From positions 1,032,082-1,096,081 of the forward strand of contig CAWHHT010000005.1 of the NCBI GenBank assembly GCA_963829205.1: a stretch of 64,000 nt of DNA. Reading direction: 5' to 3'. The notes beneath the pieces are model-generated. The model was not told the origin of the DNA, ran no database searches, and worked only from the letters and a program-made list of their open reading frames with translations. Below, piece by piece: positions 17,007 through 27,708 of the stretch. Made by a program: the position numbers and the translations under genes. Position 1 is the stretch's first letter; the number at the start of each line of letters is the position of its first letter. The DNA comes from an uncultured Thermoleophilia bacterium (GTDB lineage: Bacteria > Actinomycetota > Thermoleophilia > UBA2241).

Positions 17007-20000
17007 CGAGCGGCTTGTAGACGATAGCCAGGGCGCCGTCGAGGAGCGGCTGGCCCGACTGGCGAGGGAGAAGTCCAGGCTGCAGTTCGCGGTGTACGTC
17101 ATGGATCGCATCGGCACCGCCTCCAGCCTCGAAGCCACCGTCCATGATCTCCTGCAAGTGATCGTCGACGCCTTCGGCGGGTCGGATGCGATGCTGTATT
17201 ACTTCTCCGGGGACGGCGTCTTCCGCGCCGACGTGCACGGGCCACTGTGAGCCTGGACGCCGTGGACGACCTCGCGGCAAGGCAGCCGAGTCGCTCCACC
17301 CCGCCAAGCGCCGGCATGCCCTGTCCGACACCAGGATGCTGACGCCTGAGTTCGGTGAGGCCTGGGATTGGGCGCTTCCTCTGGTCGCCGGTGACAGACT
17401 GGTCGGCGTCCTCGTCATGCGGGACACCCACGCCGCGCCGGAGGAGATCGAGCTGGACCTGCCCCCACTCCTCGCTCACGCGGCCCTCGTACTGCACAAC
17501 CAGATCCTCGAGCACTTGCACTTCGAACGGGCGCGCCGTCTGGCCGCGATCGTGGAATGCTCGGACGACGCCGTCATCGGCAAGACGCTCGACGGTGTGG
17601 TCACGAGCTGGAATGCCGGCGCGGAGGTCATCTACGGCTTCAGCGAGCAGGAGATGCTGGGGCAGCCGGTCTCCAGGCTCGTGCCTCCCGACCGGCTCGA
17701 CGAGATCCCGGAGCTCCTTGCCAGGCTGGCGTCTGGCGAACACGTCGAACACTACGAGACGGAGCGTCGCCGCAAGGACGGCGGGCTGATCTACGTCTCG
17801 CTGACCATATCGCCCATCCGTGACGCCGACGGCACTGTGGTCACTGCTTCGACGATCGCCCGCGCGTGAAGACGAGGCCAACGTTGAGGAGTGCGCCGCG
17901 CCCAACCGTGCACTTCGAGCTGTGAGCACCTGCAGCCAGAGCCGTGAGGCGGCGCCGAGAGTCACGAGCTCAAGGACAGCTGCCGCGTGATCTGCGACGA
18001 GGCCGGGACGCGCATAGACGGGTCGGCGAAACCGTAGGCGACGATAAGAGTGGCGCGCGGTGCTAGCGGGCGCGACGTCGGCTACGACGCCGCTGCGACG
18101 ACCTGGGCCGACGAACCGCGCGGGCGCGGACCCGTCGGCACCGCGATCCGTACCGGGCAGGCGTGCGCGGTGCTGGACTTCGCCAGCGACCAAAGAGCTG
18201 AGCTCTGGCGCGAGCAGGCCCTCGAGCGCGGCTTCCTCTCGGCGATCGCCCTTCCGCTCCGAAATGGAGACGACACCCCCTTCGGCGCGCTCGCCATCTA
18301 CTCCGGGAGCACCGGGTCCTTCACCCCGACGAGGCGCGGCTGCCCGGCACTCGCCGTCGACCGGCGTTCAGATCCACCTCGAAGCGCGCGCTGACTCGAG
18401 GCGGCGGAGGAGCAGCGCAGGAGCGTACGTCGACCTGCTCGAGAACATGGAGCGTATCGACCAGGTGATACGTCAGCAGGGAGACGCGGAAGAGATGCTT
18501 CACGGCGTGCTGGAGACCGTGCAGGCGATATTCGACTGCGACCGCACCTGGCTTCTCTACCCGTGCGATCCAGGCGCGCCTTCCTTCCGCGTGCCGGTCG
18601 AAGTCGCCAAACCCGAGTACGTCGGCCCGGGCGGCACGCACGTGGACGTGCCGATGGAAGCCGGCGTAGCCGACACCCTGGAGGCCGTGCTGGCCGCGGA
18701 CGGCCCGTTGCCGTTCGCGAACGGCACCGAACGGCCCGTCGACCCGCTGGCGGCCAAGCGCTTCGGGGTCCAGTCGCAGCTGCTCATGGCCGTCCATCCG
18801 AGAGTGGGCATGCCCTGGGTGTTCGGAGTTCACCAGTGCTCCCATCCGCGCAGGTGGACAAGTCGCGAGCTCACCGAGTTCAGGGAGATCGGTCGCCGCA
18901 TCGCGGACGGCCTGAGCAACGCTCTCATCCTCAGTGATCTCCACGTGAGCGAAGCGCGCCTCGCGACCGCGGTGAGCGAGTGGCGCACCACGTTCGACGA
19001 TGAGCGACTCCGTCGCCCTGCTCGACTCTCAGCATCGCTTCGTGCGCTGCAACGCGGCGACCAGCGAGTTCACCGGTGTCGCAACCGCCGACCTTGTCGG
19101 GCGCGACTGCTGCGAGCTCTTCCGCTGCGGCGCGGACGACTGCGGCGACTGCCCCGAGCGGCGAGCCCGCAGCAGCATGAAGGTGGAGTCAAGCATCATT
19201 CATGACGGAGACCGCTGGCTGAACGTCAGGTTCCACCCACAGACCGACGACGAAGGTCGCTTCAGCGGCGGCGTCCACACGGTGAGCGATATCACGGAGC
19301 TCAAGGAGACGGAACACGCGCTGCGCGAGAGCGAGACGCGCTTTCGCTCTCTGTTCGAGGACGCGCCGACGGCGATGGGTGGAGAAGGAACTCCGGTGGA
19401 GCCCGTGCTGAACGCCTGGTGGCCGCCGGCGTGCAGGACATCGCGGTATCTTCGCGCCCTCGACGAGCACCGGAGTGGGACTGGAGCGCGCTCGAAGTCA
19501 ATCGCGACGCCCAGAAGCTCTTCGGTGCGGATGACAAGGCCGATCTCATCGCCCACGCCGACGACCTCTCGGGGACATCGCAGATCGATGAGATGGCCGT
19601 GGTCTGGGCGGCGTTTCTGGCCGGCGAGCGCACGGCCAGCTACGAGGATGCCGGCGTCTCGCTCGACGGCAGGCGCCTGCAGGTTCTCGAGACGGTCACG
19701 CTCGCGCCGGGCAGCGAGGACACCTGGGAACGCATCTACCTGGACGACGTCGACATCACCCCCCTCAAGGACGCCCAGACGAGACTGGAGGAGAGTCTCG
19801 CGCGCCTGCAGACGATGACGGAGGAGGTGATCCGTGCCATCGGCGCCATCGTCGAGGTGCGCGATCCCTACACCGCGGGTCACGAACGGCGGGTGAGCGA
19901 GCTCGTCACCGCGATCGCCAAGCAGATGGGCTTCGATGAGGAGTCGGTCTCCGGCATGGCGGTAGGAGCGCTCCTGCACGATGTGGGCAAGATCAGCGTG

Positions 20001-20384
20001 CCCGCCGAGATCCTCTCGAAGCCGGGGCGGCTCAACGACAGGGAGTTCGATCTCGTCAAGAGCCATCCGCAGGTGACGCACGACCTGCTCTCGGGCATCG
20101 AGTTCCCGTGGCCGGTGGCGGAGATGGCCCTGCAACACCACGAGCGCATGGACGGGTCGGGCTATCCGCTCGGGCTGGCCGGAGACGAGATCGCCATGGA
20201 GGCGCGCATCCTCGCCGTGTCCGACGTCGTCGAGGCCATGGCCTCACACCGGCCGTACCGTCCCGCCCTGGGCGTCGATGCCGCGCTGGAGGAGATCGGC
20301 GACCAGCGCGGCACGCTCTACGACCCGAGCGTCGTCGACGCATGCGTGCGCATCTTCCGCGAGCAAGGATTCTCGTTCGAGTGA
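16999..20384 (+). pseudogene. Multidomain GAF-PAS-GAF-GAF-PAS-PAS-HD-GYP signalling protein, fragmented over all three frames
   Basis: Conserved pieces follow one another in different frames. A GAF sits at 16999-17250 and a GAF tail plus PAS at 17280-17869. NRALRAVSTCSQ / SHELKDSCRVICDEAG / VGETVGDDKS lie in three frames at 17870-18060. WADEPRGRGPVGTAIRTGQ sits at 18050-18330, a GAF at 18400-18990, and a PAS at 19000-19400. An intact HD-GYP (HDVGK, HHERMDGSGYP) runs from 19419 to 20384. Confidence 0.75.
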
Positions 20385-20477
20385 AGCGGGCCCGCGGCGA
20401 CTCGACTGAATGGCCGCGGGAGGAGCGCCGGCCGCCGGTCAGGCCGGCAAGCGCGTGGCCGACCGCCGGGCGCCCGC

Positions 20478-20933
20478 CTAGGGCGTCGCGCCCCGCGACG
20501 GCGTCGCGCCGGCGACCGCCGTCATGACCTCGCGCCAGGCGGCTTCGCGCGAAGGGCCGAGCTCGGCGAAGAGGCTCTCGAGACGGGCGCGCTGCACGCC
20601 GCTCAGCTCGCGTTCGAGGCGCATCCCGCTCTCGCTGAGCGTGAGGCAGCGCAGACGGCGATCGTGCTGCGCGACCCGCACGTCCACAAGCCCAAGCTGA
20701 GTCAGTCGCCGGAGTGGCCCGTGCAACGCCTGCTTCGACACTCCGAGGATGGCGAGCAGCTGGTGGACGCTGAGGCCTGGGTTGCGTCCCACGAAGTAGA
20801 GGATGCGATGGTGCATGCGCTGCAGGCCCTGAGCGGCGAGGATGTGGTCTGGTTCGGCGGTGAACGCTCGGTAGGCGAAGTAGAAGAGCTCGAGGGCGGC
20901 GTTCAGCTGGCGCTCGCGATTATGGTCAACCAT
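20478..20933 (-). CDS. MarR family transcriptional regulator
   Basis: 151 aa with a winged-helix core: LSVHQLLAILGVSKQALHGPLRRLTQLGLVDVRVAQHDRRLRCLTLSESG. Confidence 0.85.
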   Translation of the reverse strand: MVDHNRERQLNAALELFYFAYRAFTAEPDHILAAQGLQRMHHRILYFVGRNPGLSVHQLLAILGVSKQALHGPLRRLTQLGLVDVRVAQHDRRLRCLTLSESGMRLERELSGVQRARLESLFAELGPSREAAWREVMTAVAGATPSRGATP

Positions 20934-21023
20934 ATTGACATTTCCCTGTGAGCCAGCACATCATATAGGTCAACTCTATTGACCTTACGTGCCCGATGCA
21001 AGCGGTCTGGAGGCAAGTCGGGG

Positions 21024-22173
21024 ATGTTCGCGAAGCGCATCGACAGGCTCACCTCCTCCCTGGTCCGCGACGTCCTGGCGGCTGCGCAGCATCCGGGCAT
21101 GATCTCGTTCGCCGGCGGCCTGCCGGCGGCAGAAGCACTGCCGCGTCCAGATTGGCAGGCGGTGCCCAGCGCCGCCGGGCAATACGGCATGACCGAGGGC
21201 GAGACCGAGCTGCGCGAGGCGATCGCGGTGCAAGCGAGAGCCCTCGGACTGCGCTGCACTGCCGCGCAGGTCCTCGTGCTCTCGGGCTCGCAGCAAGGCA
21301 TCGACCTGGCCGCCAAGCTGTTCGTCGATGCCGGAACGCGAATCCTCGTGGAGAGACCCACCTACCTCGCGGCGCTCCAGGCGTTCCGCCTGTTCGGCGC
21401 CAAGTGCGTGGGTCTGCCGCTCACCACCACGGGGATCGACCCCGAGCGACTGCTGACGACGGCGCGCACCGAGCGGCCGGCGTTCACCTACCTGGTGCCG
21501 ACCTTCCAGAACCCGAGCGGGACCTGCTACGCCGCCGCCACGCGCGCGGAGGTCGCGCGCGCACTTGATGAGCTCCGCCTGCCGCTGCTCGAAGACGAGC
21601 CCTACCGCGACCTCGCCTACGAGCCCGTCGACCGCGTGCCGCTCTGCACCCGCCTCGAGAGGGCATCGTGGATGTACCAGGGCAGCTTCTCGAAGACCTT
21701 CCTGCCCGGCGCGCGAGTCGGGTACATGATCGCGACGCCGGACCTCTTCCCTCACCTGGTGCGCCTCAAGCAGGCCGCCGACCTGCACACCAACCGGCTC
21801 GGGCAGTGGGTCGGCCCTCGGCTGGCTACGCGGCCCCGAGCACGAGGAGCGCCTCGAAGAGCTGCGCATCCACTACTCGGCCAAGCGGGATGCCATGCAG
21901 GCCGCCTTGCAGCGCCACTTCGCCGAGCTGGCGGACTGGCAGCGCCCCGCCGGCGGCCTCTTCTTCTGGCTCCGCCTGCGCGCGGCGACCGACACCCGCC
22001 CACTGCTCACGCGCATGCTCGCCAAAGGAGTTGCGTTCATGCCCGGCGAGGTCTTCTTCCCCGAGGATGACCCGCCGCTCGGCTACCTGCGCCTGAACTT
22101 CTCCTGCGCCACTACCGGGGAGATGGACGAGGGGCTGGCGCGGCTGGCCGAGGAGGTGGCCCGAAGTTCGTAG
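21024..22173 (+). pseudogene. Class I/II PLP aminotransferase (2-aminoadipate/MocR-type catalytic domain), apparent 1-nt insertion
   Basis: ATG at 21024 with GGAGG 10 nt upstream. It carries PTFQNPSG and SFSKTFLPGARVGY (PLP lysine). The frame switches at about 21807-21818 (LHTNRLGQWV then ALGWLRGPEHEERLEEL...GGLFFWL...YLRLNFS). The length is 3n+1. Confidence 0.8.
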
Positions 22174-22459
22174 AGGACATCGGGGGCGCTGAGTGCGTCG
22201 AGGGCGATGCGGGCGGCGAAGTCTTCGAAGCAGACGCCTCGTCGTAGGCCGCTCGCCCAGCAGACCAACAGGCGCTGATCCTCACCGGGCCGGCCGGGCG
22301 TGCGCCGGCACCCGGCTGCTCGCCCGGCGGCGGCGCGGTATCATGCAGGGCGGCAGGACGCAGGACGCTGCCGGCCACGCCGACGCCGAGCCATCTCGGC
22401 CGGAGGACGTGCTCTTTCGCGATCCTGCCGACGAACACTGCAAGTGAAAGGGCCCAACC

Positions 22460-24553
22460 GTGAATGAACGCAGCCGGACGCGAGGCACGATGCCGAGGCT
22501 CGCGATAGCTCTCCTCGCGCTCGCCGCATCCCTCGTCCTGCCCAGCGCAGCGCTGGCGGCCGGCGGCTGGCACGCCCAGACGTCGGGCACGCAACAGGAC
22601 CTGGCCGCCCTCACCGCCGCGAGCGGCGGTCATCTCTGGGCGGTCGGCATGGGCGGGACCATCGTGGCCTCCGCGAACAGTGGAGCGGCTTGGCTGCGCG
22701 AGCCCTCCGGTACGACGCAGGGTCTGCGCGCCGTCGCGTTCGCCGACGCCTCCCACGGCTGGGCCGTCGGCGCCGGCGGCGCCATCCTCGCCACCGTCGA
22801 CGGGGGCGCCAGCTGGACGGCGCAGACGTCCGGCACGACGCAGGATCTGCGCGCCGTCACGTTCGCCGACGCCTCCCACGGCTGGGCCGTCGGCGCCGGC
22901 GGCGCCATCCTCGCCACCGTCGACGGGGGCGCGAGCTGGGCCGCGCAGACCTCGACTGTGACGCAGGACCTCTACGGCGTCGCTTGTAGCGGCGCGAGCA
23001 CGGCCTGGGCTGTCGGCGCGGGCGGCACGATCGTGGCCACCAGCGACGGCGGCGCCACATGGGTCAAACAGACTTCGACCGCGACGCAGGACTTGCACGC
23101 GGTCTCCTTCGCCGACGGCACCCACGGGTGGGCGGTCGGCGCCGGCGGCGCCGTCGTGGCCACCAGCAATGCCGGTGTCACGTGGGCGACGCAGGCGTCT
23201 CGCAGTACCCGGAATCTGACAGGAGTCGCCTTCCCCGATCCCTTGCACGGCTGGGCCGTGGGCGCCGGCGGCATCGTCCTTCACACGACGAACGGGGGCG
23301 CCGTCTGGACGGCGCAGACCTCGAACACCACCAGGGACCTCTCTGGCGTCGCCTTTGCCGACGCGCAGCATGGTGGCATCGTCGGCGCCGGCGGCGTGAT
23401 CCTCACGACCAGCGACGCCGGCATCGTCGACACCGTCGCGCCCCACACCTCGACCAAGGGCCTGCAGGCCAAGGACTCAACGGGTTGGCGCAACGCGGCC
23501 CAAACGGTCACCCTGCAGGCACGCGACGCGGGCTCCGGCCCCGCCGTCACGTACTACAAGCTCGGCGCAGGTGCGCGGCAGACCTACTCCGCCCCGTTTG
23601 CGGTCTCTTCGGCGGGATCGCACCTCGTCAAGTACTGGTCGGTCGACTGGGCCGGCAACGTCGAAGCCAAGCACGCCGGCTACGTCAACATCGACATGGG
23701 CAGGCCGATCTGCGTCGCGATGGGGAGCGTGAAGACGTACTCGGGGGCCTCTGCGACCTTCCGCTTTCGCATCAACGACCCCAAGCCGACCTGTGGTCGC
23801 GGCGACGCGCGTGTCACCATCTACAAGAACGGCAAGGCGAAGAAACGCTTCAAGCTCGCCCGGGTCACCTTCAACAAGCCCCAACACCAGGCCATCCGTT
23901 TGACCCTGCCGGCGGGCGACTACACGTGGACCGTGACCGCGACCGACCTCGCCGGGAACACGCAGGTCAGGGCGGACACGGCCAAACTGAAGGTCATCGC
24001 CATGCCGCTACCCACGATCGCCGACGTGCAGAGGCGCCTCGTGGCGTTGCGCTACCTGCCCAGCGGCGCCGTGAGCGGTGTGAGCGACTACCGCACCTCA
24101 CAGGCGCTGATGGCTTTCCAGGCCTGGAACGGCCTGGCCCGCGACGGGAGCGCCGGCGTGAAGACGCGGACGCGCCTCGTCACCGCCTCAGTGCCGCGGC
24201 CACGCCCTGAGTCGGTCATCGGCCACTACGTCGAGGTCTACCGCAGCCTCGGCGTCGTGCTCTGCGTCGACAGCGGATCGCTGGTGCGTGTGGTGCACTG
24301 CTCCACCGGGCGGCCCGGGCTCGAGACGACGCCGGGCCTCTGGTACGTGTACCTGAAGTCGCTGCGCTTCTGGTCGCAGGAGTACAGCTCGTGGATGCCT
24401 TACGCGAGCTTCTTCCACAACGGCGAAGGGCTGCACGGCTACGAGGAGGTGCCGGCGTACCCGGCCTCTCACGGTTGCGTGCGCCTGTCGATGCCCGAGG
24501 CCCCGTGGGTCTACGAGTTCGCCGCGATGGGCACGCCGGTGTTCGTGTTCTGA
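22460..24553 (+). CDS. Secreted beta-propeller (BNR/Ycf48-like repeats) - PG-binding - L,D-transpeptidase (YkuD) fusion protein
   Basis: Signal peptide MPRLAIALLALAASLVLPSAALA. About 8 repeats of ~41 aa follow (..HGWAVGAGGAILATVDGGASWTAQTSGTTQDL..). Next come PG_binding_1-like VQRRLVALRYLPSGAVSGVSDYRTSQALMAFQAWNGLARDG and a YkuD motif SHGCVRL. The start is the GTG at 22460 or the ATG at 22490. Confidence 0.85.
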   Translation: MNERSRTRGTMPRLAIALLALAASLVLPSAALAAGGWHAQTSGTQQDLAALTAASGGHLWAVGMGGTIVASANSGAAWLREPSGTTQGLRAVAFADASHGWAVGAGGAILATVDGGASWTAQTSGTTQDLRAVTFADASHGWAVGAGGAILATVDGGASWAAQTSTVTQDLYGVACSGASTAWAVGAGGTIVATSDGGATWVKQTSTATQDLHAVSFADGTHGWAVGAGGAVVATSNAGVTWATQASRSTRNLTGVAFPDPLHGWAVGAGGIVLHTTNGGAVWTAQTSNTTRDLSGVAFADAQHGGIVGAGGVILTTSDAGIVDTVAPHTSTKGLQAKDSTGWRNAAQTVTLQARDAGSGPAVTYYKLGAGARQTYSAPFAVSSAGSHLVKYWSVDWAGNVEAKHAGYVNIDMGRPICVAMGSVKTYSGASATFRFRINDPKPTCGRGDARVTIYKNGKAKKRFKLARVTFNKPQHQAIRLTLPAGDYTWTVTATDLAGNTQVRADTAKLKVIAMPLPTIADVQRRLVALRYLPSGAVSGVSDYRTSQALMAFQAWNGLARDGSAGVKTRTRLVTASVPRPRPESVIGHYVEVYRSLGVVLCVDSGSLVRVVHCSTGRPGLETTPGLWYVYLKSLRFWSQEYSSWMPYASFFHNGEGLHGYEEVPAYPASHGCVRLSMPEAPWVYEFAAMGTPVFVF
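22724..22940 (+). repeat. Near-identical 123-bp tandem units inside the propeller gene
   Basis: 22724-22815 and 22847-22938 align with a single mismatch over ~85 nt (CTGCGCGCCGTC[G/A]CGTTCGCCGACGCCTCCCACGGCTGGGCCGTCGGCGCCGGCGGCGCCATCCTCGCCACCGTCGACGGGGGCGC). Confidence 0.85.
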
Positions 24554-24788
24554 CGCCGGCGCGTCGGCGACGCCGCCAAACCCATCTTGAGCGGGCGGAG
24601 CCCTCCGGCACGCCCGCGCACCTCCGACGACCGGCCCATGCGGTCGACGCTGACGTCGTCACCTCGGCCGGACAAGACCCGGCAATCGGTCACTCCGTTG
24701 CGCTTCGTCGCCATGCGGGTACATTCCGCGCACGATACCTTCGCCCCTGACGACGCGGCCCCTCTCCACGACACGTCGCCTCGGACGT

Positions 24789-25220
24789 ATGCATAGGAGA
24801 CCACGAAATGGCTCCGAGCGACGTCTGCACGCGGCGTCTGATGACGCCCCGAGGTCGTGCAACCGGGATCTCTGGTGGGCCCTGTTGAGCCGACCGGCAA
24901 AGCCAAAGCTGGTGACCGACTTCGGTCACGGTCGCGTGTGCAACGCGGACGGTTGCGCCACGGTCCTCTCCAAGTACAACCCGTCGGTGTACTGCGTCGT
25001 GCATGCCGAGCGCGCAGCATCGTGCCGGGCGCGCGAGGGTCGTACCGCGTCCACAGCTGCTGGCATCGATGCCGGCAGCACCGGTACGCGCCAGTGCGCC
25101 AGGTGCGAAGAGTGGTTCGACGGGACCAACCCGCGCCGGGTCTACTGCAGCGACCGCTGCCGGGTGATGGCGTTCTACGCACGCAGACGCGAGTCCACGG
25201 AGACCGGCGTCGATGGTTGA
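24789..25220 (+). CDS. Cys-rich zinc-ribbon hypothetical protein
   Basis: High GC3 from about 24830 on. It carries VCNADGC...YCVVH and CARCEEWF...YCSDRCRVMAFYARRR (CxxC...CxxxC). The start is uncertain. A strong AGGAGA-ATG at 24808 is in a different frame, so another indel is possible. Confidence 0.5.
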   Translation: MHRRPRNGSERRLHAASDDAPRSCNRDLWWALLSRPAKPKLVTDFGHGRVCNADGCATVLSKYNPSVYCVVHAERAASCRAREGRTASTAAGIDAGSTGTRQCARCEEWFDGTNPRRVYCSDRCRVMAFYARRRESTETGVDG

Positions 25221-25282
25221 GCACGGACTGACCGGCCCATCGTGTGCAGGCGTCTGCGCACGCTTGACGGAGACGAGGTGAG

Positions 25283-25864
25283 ATGGAATTCGACAAGGAA
25301 CGATTCAGCACGCCGAACCCCTTGGCGCGGGCGCTCGTCCTCACGGCCGACGAGTTCGAGGACTTCGAGCTCTTCGTCCCGTATTTCCGCATGATGGAGG
25401 AAGGCGTGGCGGTCGACGTCGCGGCGCCGGCGAAAGAGACGCTCACCGGAGAGAACGGGTACTTCTTTGAGAACGTGGACCTCACCATCGATGAGGTCGA
25501 CCCGCAGATGTACGACTTCCTGTTCATCCCCGGTGGGCATCCGCACGGCGCTCCGACGACGATCCGGAACAACAAGAAGGCCCAGGAGATCGCGCGGGCA
25601 TTCTTCACGGCAGACAAACCAGTGGCGGCGATCTGTCACGGCCCCTACCTCCTGGTCTCCGCGGATCTCGTCGCCGGCAGGCGTCTCACCTCATTCTGGG
25701 GCGACGGCGTCCCCGACGAGATCAGGGCCGCCGGAGGCATCTACGTGGATGAGGACGTCGTCGTCGACGGGAACCTCATCACCTCCCGCTGGCCGATGGA
25801 CCTCCCGGCGTTCATGCGGGAAGTGATGCGGATGTTGAGAAAGCACGCCGCCGACGGGGCGTAG
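25283..25864 (+). CDS. DJ-1/PfpI family protein
   Basis: 193 aa with the nucleophile elbow AAICHGP and the flanking motif FIPGGH. Confidence 0.85.
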   Translation: MEFDKERFSTPNPLARALVLTADEFEDFELFVPYFRMMEEGVAVDVAAPAKETLTGENGYFFENVDLTIDEVDPQMYDFLFIPGGHPHGAPTTIRNNKKAQEIARAFFTADKPVAAICHGPYLLVSADLVAGRRLTSFWGDGVPDEIRAAGGIYVDEDVVVDGNLITSRWPMDLPAFMREVMRMLRKHAADGA

Positions 25865-25882
25865 CCAGGTATCCGCTCGTCT

Positions 25883-26806
25883 TCAGCTCAGCCGCGTGAC
25901 GAACCGCTCGTAATCGGGGTCCTCGCCCCTCAGGACGGCCAGGTACCGCTCCCTGATGCGCGCCGTGACCGGGCCGATACTGCAGCCGTTGACGACGCGT
26001 GCGTCGACCTCGACCACCGGCGCCACGTAGGTCGACGTCCCGCAAGCGAAGACCTCGTCGGCGATGTAGAGCTCGGTCAAGTCCACCTCACGCTCATGGA
26101 CCGGCAGGCCGAGTCGCTCCGCGATGAGCAACACGGTGCTGCGATTGATCCCCTCGAGGAGATCGCTCGCGGTGCTCGGCGTGATCAGCACCCCGTCGCG
26201 CACGATGAAGATGTTGGCGGCGCTGAGTTCACAGACGTGCCCGGAGGCGTCGAGGAAGATGCAGTCGTCGTAGCCGCTGTCGATCGCGTCCTGCTTGGCG
26301 AGCACCGAGTTCACGTAGGCGCCGTTGACCTTGGCGCGCGAGGGGATGGCGTAGTCGGGGATGCGCCGCCAGACGCTCGTCTTCAGGCGGGCGCCCTCGA
26401 GCGGCAGGATGGCCTCTGCCGTGTAGACGAAGATGCTGAGCAGCGTCGAGATGCCGCGCGAGCGCGTCCCCGGGAGCTGCTCGTCCACGTGCACACTCAC
26501 CCTCACGAACACGTCCTCGGAGACGTCATTCGCGTGCACGACCTCCTTGACGGCAGCGATGAAGCGCTCCTCGCTCCACGCCGGTTCGAACGTGTCGATG
26601 CCAATGATGCGGGCGGAATTGACGAGGCGGCGGTAGTGGTCGGCGAGGCGGAAGGCGACAGCGTCGCGACCGTGCGTCGTCGTGACGGGCAGGACCGTGT
26701 AGACGCTGAGGCCGTAGAGCACCGCCGCGCTGGTGATGCTGAGCTGCGCGTCCGCGGTCGAGATGATGCCGGATCCAAAGTACGCCTTGGGGTAGACCTG
26801 TGCCAT
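25883..26806 (-). CDS. ilvE: Branched-chain amino acid aminotransferase (class IV)
   Basis: 307 aa carrying SRAKVNGAYVNSVLAKQDA, ELSAANIF, EGINR and CGTS motifs of fold-type IV transaminases. Confidence 0.85.
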   Translation of the reverse strand: MAQVYPKAYFGSGIISTADAQLSITSAAVLYGLSVYTVLPVTTTHGRDAVAFRLADHYRRLVNSARIIGIDTFEPAWSEERFIAAVKEVVHANDVSEDVFVRVSVHVDEQLPGTRSRGISTLLSIFVYTAEAILPLEGARLKTSVWRRIPDYAIPSRAKVNGAYVNSVLAKQDAIDSGYDDCIFLDASGHVCELSAANIFIVRDGVLITPSTASDLLEGINRSTVLLIAERLGLPVHEREVDLTELYIADEVFACGTSTYVAPVVEVDARVVNGCSIGPVTARIRERYLAVLRGEDPDYERFVTRLS

Positions 26807-26931
26807 GTGAGACCTCTGTTGCGACTGATGGGGAGCTGCGCCTTGTCGAGAGGGGTGTACCTACCAGAACCCGCGGCCGCCCGCAACTGCGTCTCCGGCC
26901 GCTCGCCACCGACGCAAGGAGGGACAGGGAC

Positions 26932-27708
26932 CTAGGTGTTGACCACGATCGCCTTGCGTTTGTAGACCGTCACGGACAGAAGATACGAGACGATGAGAAG
27001 ACCGAGGATCCAGGCTATGGCCGTCCAGACCTTGGGGCCGGCCGTGCCATTGACCATCAGTGAACGCATCGTCTCAACCACCGGGGTCATTGGCTGATTC
27101 TCGGCGAAGCCCCGCAACAACGGTGTCATGGAGTTCGTCGGCACGAACGCGGGGCTGATGAAGATGAGCAGAAGGAGGACGTAGCTGAATGCGCCTGCCG
27201 CCTCCGTCGTCTTTGCAAGCAGGCCGAAGAAGATGGCCAGCCACGTCGTCGAAAGCGTGAACAGCACCAGGATCCCGGCGAAGGCCAACCATCCCACCAC
27301 GCCGGCCTGTGACCGGAACCCCATCGCGAACGCCACCAGAAAGACCAGCAAAGATGAGAAGAGGTTGGACAAGGTCGACGATGCGACCTGCCCGCCCAGG
27401 ATCGACGATGGCGCGACCGGCATCGTCCTGAAGCGGTTGATGATGCCACTCTGCACGTCCATGTTCAGGCGTACTGCGGCGTAGGCAATGCCGCTGATGA
27501 CCGTCATGACGACGATCCCCGGCACGATGAAGTCGATGTAGCTCACTGAGCCCGTCTGCTGCCCCAGCGCCCCACCCCACACGTAGACGAACAGGAGCAT
27601 GAGGGCGATCGGCATCAGGAGCACCGTGATGATCGTGTCTGGACTGCGGGTGATATGCCGCAGACTGCGCTTCGCCAGCGTCCAGGTATCTGAGAGCATG
27701 CGCATCAT
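26932..27708 (-). CDS. ABC-2 type transporter permease
   Basis: 258 aa with six hydrophobic spans. The ATG at 27708 overlaps the ATPase stop as ATGA. Confidence 0.85.
   Translation of the reverse strand: MMRMLSDTWTLAKRSLRHITRSPDTIITVLLMPIALMLLFVYVWGGALGQQTGSVSYIDFIVPGIVVMTVISGIAYAAVRLNMDVQSGIINRFRTMPVAPSSILGGQVASSTLSNLFSSLLVFLVAFAMGFRSQAGVVGWLAFAGILVLFTLSTTWLAIFFGLLAKTTEAAGAFSYVLLLLIFISPAFVPTNSMTPLLRGFAENQPMTPVVETMRSLMVNGTAGPKVWTAIAWILGLLIVSYLLSVTVYKRKAIVVNT

Noticed and set aside
22600-23420. Repeat array as CRISPR or a non-coding satellite
   Set aside because: The 123-nt periodicity is in frame within a long high-GC3 ORF and encodes propeller blades. There is no spacer-repeat structure.
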